Of a DNA stretch of 32,000 nt, positions 17,573 through 24,367 are shown one piece after another. The DNA is from an uncultured Candidatus Saccharibacteria bacterium (GTDB lineage Bacteria > Patescibacteriota > Minisyncoccia > UBA6257 > UBA11618). Below the pieces are notes generated by a model. The model saw nothing but the letters and a program-made list of their open reading frames with translations, was not told the origin of the DNA and did not search any database. The translations under genes and the position numbers were made by a program. The stretch is from NCBI GenBank assembly GCA_964432405.1, contig CAYSNH010000001.1:150001-182000 (forward strand), written 5' to 3'. The first letter of the stretch is position 1; the number at the start of each line of letters is the position of its first letter.

Positions 17573-18568
17573 ATGCTTAAAAAATTATCCTTTTTAAGGC
17601 AAAAGGCGGCTCTGCCGGCTATTTTTATTACTTGCGCCTCTATCTTCAACCTCTTTATTCTATCAGGTTTTTTCCAGCCTTTTTCTAACAATACGGTTTT
17701 AGGAGGTCCAGATCAAATGGATAATAATCAAGCGCTCTTGTCAGCGGAAACCCCCATTGATTTTGAGCCGGCTAATAATTTAGAGGATTTTGGTGGTTTT
17801 GCTATTTTAGATAGCTCTTATGTTTTAAGTCCAGGTAGCTCCTTGAGTAATACCCTCCCTACCCGAAACGGCTTAATGATTTATCGAGTCCAGTCTGGTG
17901 ACAACTTATCTAGCATAGCTGCAAATTTTGGCGTATCACTTAATACTGTTTTTTGGGCTAACCCCAATTTAAATAAAAGAAGATCAATACAAGTCGGTCA
18001 GGAGATAGTAATCCTACCAGTCTCAGGAGTTAAACATGAGGTTCAAGAAGGAGAAACCCTTATCACTATAGCCTCTCTCTACAATGTTAACCCAGATCAT
18101 ATTTTAAAATATAATAAACAAATTGTGGCGGGTAGAAGTATTATCATTCCTGGCGCTAAGCCAACTAAAAAAACTACCCATTACACCCAATCTAAAAAGT
18201 TACCACGTCTAGCTGGACATCTTGTTGTCCCAACTACCGGTTGGAACTGGGGGCAGCTTCATTATAATAATGCCGTTGATATTGCTAATGCTTGCAACAC
18301 ATCAATTTATGCCGCCGCTGAAGGCTTGGTGGTTAAGGTTCGATCCGGTTGGAATGGTGGTTATGGAAATTACGTCATCATAGAACATCCTAATGGCATC
18401 TCTACCCGCTACGCTCATTTGCAAAAATCTACCGTGTCAGTTGGTCAGTATGTTGTTCAGGGTGATCAAATTGGTCAAATGGGAAGTTCAGGTAACACTC
18501 ATGGACCAACCGGTTGTCACCTTCACTTTGAAGTTGTGGGCGCTGCTAATCCATTCGCTAAAAGATAA
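17573..18568 (+). CDS. Secreted peptidoglycan hydrolase: two LysM repeats plus an M23 metallopeptidase domain
   Basis: 331 aa. LysM repeats YRVQSGDNLSSIAANFGVSLNTVFWANP and HEVQEGETLITIASLYNVNPDHILKYN. M23 motifs HPNGISTRYAHL and GPTGCHLHFEV. Confidence 0.88.
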   Translation: MLKKLSFLRQKAALPAIFITCASIFNLFILSGFFQPFSNNTVLGGPDQMDNNQALLSAETPIDFEPANNLEDFGGFAILDSSYVLSPGSSLSNTLPTRNGLMIYRVQSGDNLSSIAANFGVSLNTVFWANPNLNKRRSIQVGQEIVILPVSGVKHEVQEGETLITIASLYNVNPDHILKYNKQIVAGRSIIIPGAKPTKKTTHYTQSKKLPRLAGHLVVPTTGWNWGQLHYNNAVDIANACNTSIYAAAEGLVVKVRSGWNGGYGNYVIIEHPNGISTRYAHLQKSTVSVGQYVVQGDQIGQMGSSGNTHGPTGCHLHFEVVGAANPFAKR

Positions 18569-18570
18569 TA

Positions 18571-18595
18571 AAAAACCCCAGAGTTGCCTCTGGGG
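18571..18595 (-). terminator. Intrinsic terminator of the GC-rich orphan gene
   Basis: Reverse strand reads CCCCAGAG-GCAA-CTCTGGGG followed by TTTTTTATTATC. This is an 8-bp GC-rich stem (18576..18583 / 18588..18595) with a GNRA loop and a T-run. Confidence 0.8.
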
Positions 18596-18609
18596 GGCGG
18601 CTGACAAGA

Positions 18610-19602
18610 TCAGCCTTTGCTGGCGGTAGCTCCAAGACCGCCGGGTAGTCTTGATGGAGGAAAGACTTCCTCCATCATTTTTTTACTGACCTCACTTGTG
18701 TGAGCCTCAGCCTTGCTCTGGTTAAAAGTGTCAATCTCATTTTGAGCGCTCTTTCTGCCCAAGGTCGGATCCAGGTTGGGATGGAACTTCCTCCCATTTA
18801 TGAGCTGAGCATTCTTTTGAAGATAGGCCGCTTTACGAGCTCTCCCCAAATGACCTTTGGTCATGTTGTCGCGAACCTCTCCAATCATCAGCTCGTCATC
18901 TCGGAAGTAGTAGAAATGGTGGCCATGGAAAGGATTGGCTACCAGCTTGTAACCGCGGTCAATAGGCTGTCGGCCAATCACAAACGATCCAGTAGTTGCT
19001 CTTTGCCCGTTGCGCAAAACAAACAGAGCATCTTCAACATTTCTGTTGACACCAGTAGCGAGAAAGTTCTCATACTTGATGACAAAAGCTTCCACTGGTT
19101 GAAATCGAGGTGCTGTGTCCGGACAGAAACGGCATTGTTCCATTTCGCCATCAACATGAACTAGGAAGTCCAAGATTTCTTCATCAAGCTGCTCGACGCG
19201 AAGCTTGAGCTCGACAGATTCTTTTGAAGTTCCCATTTCAAGCAGCACTTCTTCAGGGGAGCGTCCTTTGAAAACGGTCTCCCGACAAACCACTTCATGT
19301 GGTTTGAAGTGCTTGTCTTCCTCGATTTTTTTAGCGACGACATCTTGTAGTCGATCGCTAAAAAATTCTCTGATGGGCTTTGTGTGCTGAACACAGTTAA
19401 GCCAAACAAAGTCGATGGGGCTCAAAAGAGTCCCCGGTCCACCAGCCAGCCAATTTCCCACGCGTCTGAGCTCATTGATTGGCAAGAAGCCTTTTCTGGC
19501 AGTACCAAACTCATCCAGCCTTTCGTTGTACAAGACAAAAGCCTTCTCGGACAGGATACTTGGCCTGTCAATCAATAGATCTTTTTTTGAAGTTGTCGTC
19601 AT
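18610..19602 (-). CDS. Orphan protein of unknown function in a compositionally foreign (about 50% G+C) segment
   Basis: The track ORF 18610..19611 begins at a GTG. ATG 19602..19600 is preferred because GGAGAG (19616..19611) lies 8 nt upstream, giving 330 aa. It is the longest stop-free frame here, and its orientation agrees with the flanking promoter and terminator. I recognise no motif. Confidence 0.75.
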   Translation of the reverse strand: MTTTSKKDLLIDRPSILSEKAFVLYNERLDEFGTARKGFLPINELRRVGNWLAGGPGTLLSPIDFVWLNCVQHTKPIREFFSDRLQDVVAKKIEEDKHFKPHEVVCRETVFKGRSPEEVLLEMGTSKESVELKLRVEQLDEEILDFLVHVDGEMEQCRFCPDTAPRFQPVEAFVIKYENFLATGVNRNVEDALFVLRNGQRATTGSFVIGRQPIDRGYKLVANPFHGHHFYYFRDDELMIGEVRDNMTKGHLGRARKAAYLQKNAQLINGRKFHPNLDPTLGRKSAQNEIDTFNQSKAEAHTSEVSKKMMEEVFPPSRLPGGLGATASKG

Positions 19603-19681
19603 GACAAACACTCTCCGTAATAAGGTGCTAAAAATTTTGGGCGGCTAAATTACAATAGCTCTAAAAACCCAATCAGAAACT

Positions 19682-19709
19682 ATTTTACACCAAATTTTTT
19701 AAATGTCAA
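19682..19709 (-). promoter_or_regulatory. Near-consensus sigma70-type promoter TTGACA-N16-TAAAAT driving the orphan gene
   Basis: Reverse strand reads TTGACA TTTAAAAAATTTGGTG TAAAAT. The -35 is at 19709..19704 and the -10 at 19687..19682. This leaves a leader of roughly 70 nt that contains the SD. Confidence 0.6.
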
Positions 19710-19711
19710 AT

Positions 19712-19730
19712 AAAAACAGCCCTACAGGGC
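19712..19730 (-). terminator. Short hairpin plus T-run downstream of tRNA-Ile
   Basis: Reverse strand reads GCCC-TGTA-GGGC then TGTTTTTATTT. The stem is only 4 bp, so this is weak. Confidence 0.4.
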
Positions 19731-19740
19731 CATTTAAATG

Positions 19741-19812
19741 TGGGCATGGGAAGGATCGAACTTCCGACCTCGTCTTTATCAGAGACGCGCTCTACCACTG
19801 AGCTACATGCCC
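19741..19812 (-). tRNA. tRNA-Ile, anticodon GAU, with no encoded CCA
   Basis: Reverse complement folds as GGGCATG TA GCTC AGTGGTA GAGC G CGTCT CTGATAA AGACG AGGTC GGAAG TTCGATC CTTCC CATGCCC A. All four stems pair perfectly, the T-loop is TTCGATC, and the anticodon is GAT. Confidence 0.95.
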
Positions 19813-19833
19813 TAAATTAAACAAGCTAAACAA

Positions 19834-20034
19834 CTATCGTTTTAGTTGCTTAGCTTTATCGAGGTTAAATTTAACAATTTCTTCTGATTTTGACAAGTCT
19901 CCTCCAAATGCCTTGCTAGCTCTATTAGCTAAAAATGACATCGATCGACTGACATAAAAAATTATTAATGCAAAAATAGTGATGCCAATTATCCAGAAGA
20001 TCAACTCTTTTTTATTGTGAAAAAACTTTCCCAT
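19834..20034 (-). CDS. Small single-pass membrane protein
   Basis: 66 aa. TM helix LIFWIIGITIFALIIFYV. It overlaps the upstream gene by 23 nt. No family recognised. Confidence 0.45.
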   Translation of the reverse strand: MGKFFHNKKELIFWIIGITIFALIIFYVSRSMSFLANRASKAFGGDLSKSEEIVKFNLDKAKQLKR

Positions 20035-20533
20035 TGATTATTGATTTAAACTTTTTTTCATCTCCGACCAAGTTAAAGGAATCAAAGCTGACTACATAAG
20101 GACTTCTTTCAATACTACTAACAAAATTTAACCAATTAACAAAAGGGGCGTCAGCAGTTATTGAGAAGCTGAGATAGCCAGGCTTAGTTTCTGAGCCTAA
20201 AACTTCTCTGCCAAAAGAAAACCCTACATCAACATCATTTTTTTTAGCTAGTGAATTTATACTACGAGGAAAATCGATCAATTTATCTGATATTGGTAGA
20301 GTCGTAATTAAAGATAATTTTTCAACGCGCGCCTTTTCAGAATCTTTCTGTAAAGAAGCTAAAGAATCAATAGCCTTATAACGAAGAGCTACTTTATTTT
20401 TTAATTCAACTACCTTAGCAGTTCTTCTATTTATGTCGGCACGCAATAAAGCAATTAAAATTAACAAGACTACTACAACCGCTGCTATAACACTTAAATT
20501 AACAGTCATTACTCTTTTGAAGTCTTTTGGCAT
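20012..20533 (-). CDS. PilO/GspM-like bitopic membrane protein (architecture only)
   Basis: 173 aa. TM helix, then a coiled-coil segment (AKVVELKNKVALRYKAIDSLASLQKDSEKARVE), then a small C-terminal domain. The assignment rests on architecture, not on a motif. Confidence 0.35.
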   Translation of the reverse strand: MPKDFKRVMTVNLSVIAAVVVVLLILIALLRADINRRTAKVVELKNKVALRYKAIDSLASLQKDSEKARVEKLSLITTLPISDKLIDFPRSINSLAKKNDVDVGFSFGREVLGSETKPGYLSFSITADAPFVNWLNFVSSIERSPYVVSFDSFNLVGDEKKFKSIINGKVFSQ

Positions 20534-20548
20534 AAGATTATTATAACA
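20517..20548. promoter_or_regulatory. Overlapping divergent promoters in and around the 19-bp spacer between the PilO-like gene and dprA
   Basis: Plus strand: TTGAAG (20517..20522)-N16-TATTAT (20539..20544)-N8-ATG 20553. Minus strand: TGtTATAAT (20548..20540)-N6-ATG 20533. The two -10 hexamers occupy the same base pairs. Confidence 0.45.
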
Positions 20549-20552
20549 CTAT

Positions 20553-21218
20553 ATGACAGCAAATGAGATTACTTATTTAAAACAATCAGATTCGAATTTT
20601 CCTCAATCATTAAGAGAGATTTCTTCTTGTCCAGGTATTTTGTATTTTAAAGGCAATAAAGATTTGTTTAATTATAAAAAAAAGATTGCCATTGTTGGGA
20701 CTCGTAAGGCGTCTAAAGCTGGCCAAGCTATTGCTAGTCAATTAGCTAAAGACTTATCTCAGCAAGATGTTGTTGTTGTAAGTGGGCTTGCTTCAGGAAT
20801 TGATAGAGCGGCTCATGAAGGTTGTTTAAAAGGTGTTGCCAAGACAATTGCCGTTCTTGGTCACGGCCTTCACTTAATTTATCCTGATGAGAATAAGGAG
20901 TTGGCTTTTCAAATAATACGCAATGATGGGCTGATAATATCAGAGTATCAGTCTGGGCATGCTATAGCTCCTCATCAATTTTTAGAGAGGAATCGTTTAA
21001 TTAGCGGGCTTTGTCAGGGTATAATAATTATCGAAGCTCCTAAGCGCTCTGGCGCACTCAATACCGCTAATCATGCCTTAGAGCAAAATAGAGACGTCTT
21101 CGTTGTTCCTGGCTCAATTCTTGATGCTAATTATACTGGTTCTAATAATCTGATTAAGCAGGGCGCTTATCCAATTACCTCTGCGCAAGATGTTTTAGAT
21201 GCCATGAATTTTAAATAA
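20553..21218 (+). CDS. dprA: DNA processing protein DprA/Smf, Rossmann-fold core only
   Basis: 221 aa. Conserved stretches IAIVGTRKAS, VVVSGLASGIDRAAHEG, IAVLGHGL..IYPDEN, ISEY, FLERNRLISGL and SGALNTA..A.EQNRDVFVVPG. Confidence 0.9.
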   Translation: MTANEITYLKQSDSNFPQSLREISSCPGILYFKGNKDLFNYKKKIAIVGTRKASKAGQAIASQLAKDLSQQDVVVVSGLASGIDRAAHEGCLKGVAKTIAVLGHGLHLIYPDENKELAFQIIRNDGLIISEYQSGHAIAPHQFLERNRLISGLCQGIIIIEAPKRSGALNTANHALEQNRDVFVVPGSILDANYTGSNNLIKQGAYPITSAQDVLDAMNFK

Positions 21219-21280
21219 AATAATTGACAAGTTATTATAAATACATAAAACTTGAATCTTTGTAACAAAATATTTCAAAT

Positions 21281-23263
21281 ATGAGTAAATTAATTATTGT
21301 TGAGAGCCCAACTAAAGCCAAAACTATAAGCAAGTTTTTAGGAAAAGATTATCAATTAGAATCATCTTTTGGTCATATTCGCGACCTACCTAAAAGCACC
21401 TTAGGTATTGATGTTGAGCACAACTTCGAACCAAAGTATCTAGTGCCTGTTAAAGCCAAGAAGGTGGTCAAGCATTTAAAAGAGTTAGCCAAAAAAAGCG
21501 ATGGTGTTATTTTAGCTACTGATGAGGACAGAGAGGGAGAAGCTATCGCTTGGCATCTTGCTGAGGCATTAGGTCTAAAAGGAGAGGAGGTAGAACGTAT
21601 CGTTTTTCATGAAATTACCAAAAAAGCTATCGAGGATGCTCTTTCGCAGCCGCGTCGAATAGATGTCGACAAAGTGGATGCTCAACAAGCTCGCCGAGCT
21701 TTAGATAGGATTGTGGGATACAAGCTCTCCCCCTTTCTTTGGAAGAAGGTAGCTCGTCGTCTTTCCGCTGGTCGTGTTCAGTCGGTGGCTTTGCGCTTGA
21801 TTGTTGAGCGTGAAGAAGAAATAAGAAAGTTTAAGCCAGAGGAATACTGGAGTATCAATGCTTTATTAAATAAGGATAAGGATTTTGAAGCTAGCTTAGT
21901 TAAAATAGATGGCAAAGCGCTTGATAAGTTTGATGTTAATGAAAATAAAAGCGCTGATAAAATAAAGAAGGAATTAGAAAAAGAAAAATTTGTTATCAGT
22001 AAGGTTGAGAGCAAGGAGACTAAGAGAAATCCCTCTCCTCCTTTCATTACTAGTACTCTCCAGAGAGCGGCTTCTAGTCGCTTAGGTTTTACAGCTAAGA
22101 AAACTATGTTCGTGGCACAGAAGCTCTATGAGAAGGGTCACATTACTTACATGCGTACTGACTCAGTTAATCTTTCTCAAGAGTCAACTGTTGCTGCAAA
22201 GCAGTATTTATTAGAAAAATTTGGTAAAGAGTATGCCTCACAAGCACCGCGCGTCTTTAAGAAGAAAGCCAAAGCAGCTCAAGAAGCTCATGAGGCAATA
22301 CGACCAACTAATATTGTTAATGATCCCGAGTCAATTAAATTAGCCGGTGACGAAAAGAAGGTCTATCGAATAATCTGGCAAAGATTTGTTGGCTCTCAAA
22401 TGCCACAAGCTATTTTTGCTAGCACTACCGTTGAGATAGAGGCTGGTAAGTACGGTCTTAGAACTACTGGCAGCACTTTGCAGTTTGATGGTTTCTTAAA
22501 AGTTTGGCCTCAAAAATTTGAGGAAAGAGATCTACCACTTCTTAAAGAAAAAGATAAGTTAGTTTTGAAAAAGATTGATGCCGATCAGCATTTCACAGAG
22601 CCTCCTCCTCGATATAATGAGGCCAGCTTGGTAAAAACTTTAGAAGAGCATGGTATTGGAAGGCCTTCAACTTATGCGCCAATCATTTCTGTTATTCAGG
22701 AGCGTAACTATGTTGAAAAGGAAAATCGTCGTTTTACTCCTACTCAAATAGGAGAGCTCGTTAATAAAATGTTAGTTAACCACTTCCCTCGTATTGTGGA
22801 TATTGATTTTACCGCTAACATGGAAGATAATTTAGACGATGTCGCTGAGGGGAAAAAGGATTGGCATAAGATCATCGCTACCTTTTACAAGCCCTTTATT
22901 AAAAATTTAGAAATTAAATACGAAGAAGTGAAAAGCGAAAAACCAGAACCAGAAAAAACTGACGAGGTCTGTGACAAGTGTAGTAAGCCAATGGTTATCC
23001 GCGCAGGTCGCTATGGTAAGTTCATGGCCTGCTCAGGATTTCCTGACTGTAAGAATACTAAAAAAGTCGAGGGAGATGATTCAGGACCTCAATCAACCGG
23101 GTTAAAATGTCCGGATTGCAAAGAGGGTGATGTTATTCAACGCTTTACTAGAAAGGGTAAGCGAAAATTCTGGGGTTGTTCTAAATATCCAGAATGTGAA
23201 TATGCTACCTGGGAAGATCCGACTCAGGAAAAGAAAGAAAAAGAAGATAAAAAAGACGCTTAA
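21281..23263 (+). CDS. topA: DNA topoisomerase I
   Basis: 660 aa. N-terminus LIIVESPTKAKTISKFLG, TOPRIM DEDREGE, active-site region ITYMRTDS, and two C-terminal Cys4 zinc ribbons. Confidence 0.97.
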   Translation: MSKLIIVESPTKAKTISKFLGKDYQLESSFGHIRDLPKSTLGIDVEHNFEPKYLVPVKAKKVVKHLKELAKKSDGVILATDEDREGEAIAWHLAEALGLKGEEVERIVFHEITKKAIEDALSQPRRIDVDKVDAQQARRALDRIVGYKLSPFLWKKVARRLSAGRVQSVALRLIVEREEEIRKFKPEEYWSINALLNKDKDFEASLVKIDGKALDKFDVNENKSADKIKKELEKEKFVISKVESKETKRNPSPPFITSTLQRAASSRLGFTAKKTMFVAQKLYEKGHITYMRTDSVNLSQESTVAAKQYLLEKFGKEYASQAPRVFKKKAKAAQEAHEAIRPTNIVNDPESIKLAGDEKKVYRIIWQRFVGSQMPQAIFASTTVEIEAGKYGLRTTGSTLQFDGFLKVWPQKFEERDLPLLKEKDKLVLKKIDADQHFTEPPPRYNEASLVKTLEEHGIGRPSTYAPIISVIQERNYVEKENRRFTPTQIGELVNKMLVNHFPRIVDIDFTANMEDNLDDVAEGKKDWHKIIATFYKPFIKNLEIKYEEVKSEKPEPEKTDEVCDKCSKPMVIRAGRYGKFMACSGFPDCKNTKKVEGDDSGPQSTGLKCPDCKEGDVIQRFTRKGKRKFWGCSKYPECEYATWEDPTQEKKEKEDKKDA

Positions 23264-23281
23264 GAGAAAGCGTCTTTTTTA
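23254..23281 (+). terminator. Intrinsic terminator of topA, overlapping its stop codon
   Basis: AGACGCT-taagagaa-AGCGTCT followed by TTTTTT. Confidence 0.7.
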
Positions 23282-23293
23282 ATCCATTAACTA

Positions 23294-24322
23294 TTAATTA
23301 CTCATCGCATCAACCGCTTGTAAGAAGCCTTTGTAGGTAGTAGAGATTATTAGATAGTCATCAATAAGTCCGTAGTTAAATGAAGCTATCGTTCCGCTAC
23401 CAAAGGAAGAGTAGCGACTGGTATTGTTATCTCCTACCGGGCCAGTTTTAAAGTCGCTAGGATCAGTGGCTGGCGGAGTTAGAAAAACATTTTTAATAGA
23501 AGCTCCCTCGATTTCTTCTAATATTTTTTTCATACTAACATAGTCATAATCAGCTGTTTCTGGACTTCTAAGTCGCACGATATATCCAGGCCATGTTCCG
23601 TAACCCAACTTTGAAGTGTTGTAATAAAGGAAACTGGTAAAGTCTTTTTCGAAAGAATTCTTTAGCATGTTTCCAGCATCAGAGTCTTTAAGCTCTGGTA
23701 GCAAGGTAGTTAAAAAGTCATGACTGTTAGCTGGATTGCCTCCAATAGAGAAAGTCACCTCTTTTAATCCCTCTCCTTCATTATTTGCTAGAACATTACT
23801 TCCTTCATTTTGTAAGGTGGTTAAGATAGCTATTAAGTTATAATCACTAACACTAAGAGAGCTAATATTGTCAGCTGAATTACCAAAAGCTGATACGTGA
23901 GTTATGGCTGGAACGATAGGCTCTTCTACTGTCGTGTCTGTATCAGACTCTTCTACAGCAGTCTCTTCAGGAAATAGAAGTGGGCCAGCATATTTATAGC
24001 CAAGTAGGGCTACGCCAATTATTAAAACTATTACCAATAACCAGACTAACCATCGTCGAGCACCTCCTTTGGCTTCCATCTCTACCACCCCTGGCGAACT
24101 GTATTCATTAGGAGAAGTTGTTTCTGGGGGAGTGATAGGCCCACCCATATCATCAATCTCAGAGGGCTTAATAATCTCTGGCTCAGGCATACCACCACCA
24201 GTTTCTTCGACTGATTTTACATCAGACTCTAAAGACCTCATTTTTATCTCGGGTTGAGGTGGTGGAGGCGGACCACCTTGTGAAGAATCTTGTAAAGGAT
24301 TCTTTTCTTGTTCTCCGTTCAT
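23294..24322 (-). CDS. Bitopic membrane protein with a Pro-rich N-terminal region
   Basis: 342 aa. GGPPPPPQPE, then TM helix WLVWLLVIVLIIGVALLGY, then an external domain of about 230 aa. No family recognised. Confidence 0.6.
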   Translation of the reverse strand: MNGEQEKNPLQDSSQGGPPPPPQPEIKMRSLESDVKSVEETGGGMPEPEIIKPSEIDDMGGPITPPETTSPNEYSSPGVVEMEAKGGARRWLVWLLVIVLIIGVALLGYKYAGPLLFPEETAVEESDTDTTVEEPIVPAITHVSAFGNSADNISSLSVSDYNLIAILTTLQNEGSNVLANNEGEGLKEVTFSIGGNPANSHDFLTTLLPELKDSDAGNMLKNSFEKDFTSFLYYNTSKLGYGTWPGYIVRLRSPETADYDYVSMKKILEEIEGASIKNVFLTPPATDPSDFKTGPVGDNNTSRYSSFGSGTIASFNYGLIDDYLIISTTYKGFLQAVDAMSN

Positions 24323-24349
24323 GTTGTTTATTGTAGCACAATAAACAAC
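24323..24349. repeat. Perfect 12-bp inverted repeat with a 3-nt loop, abutting the start codon at 24322
   Basis: gttgtttattgt-agc-acaataaacaac. On the reverse strand the loop and 3-prime arm contain TGcTACAAT, 7 nt upstream of the ATG. TTGACT lies 15 nt further upstream. Confidence 0.85.
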
Positions 24350-24367
24350 TAGTCAATGTGGATATTA

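Noticed and set aside
18610-19602. Possible HNH-like (FHGHHF...N....H) or HEPN-like (RDNMTKGH, R-x6-H) motif in the orphan protein
   Set aside because: The spacing and surrounding residues do not fit either consensus convincingly, and short His/Arg patterns occur by chance. These are not usable without profile or structural evidence.
18700-19648. Cluster of overlapping ORFs on both strands (18700..19164 +, 19161..19409 -, 19205..19390 +, 19384..19578 +, 19415..19648 +)
   Set aside because: Stop codons are rare in this roughly 50% G+C segment, so spurious open frames are expected. Only the 330-aa minus-strand frame spans the whole island and is bracketed by a correctly oriented promoter, SD and terminator.
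18569-19812. tRNA-targeted integrative element (integrase plus att repeats)
   Set aside because: There is no integrase-like ORF. I could not find a copy of the tRNA-Ile 3-prime end (tgggcatgggaaggatcgaac...) near the distal border at 18569..18610. Only the single-gene cassette interpretation is supported.
24356-24364. TGTGGATAT, a DnaA-box-like 9-mer near the 3-prime end of pnp
   Set aside because: It is a single one-mismatch hit in AT-rich DNA far from the origin, which is most likely chance. Only the clustered boxes around dnaA and the promoter-proximal one at 15008..15016 were kept.
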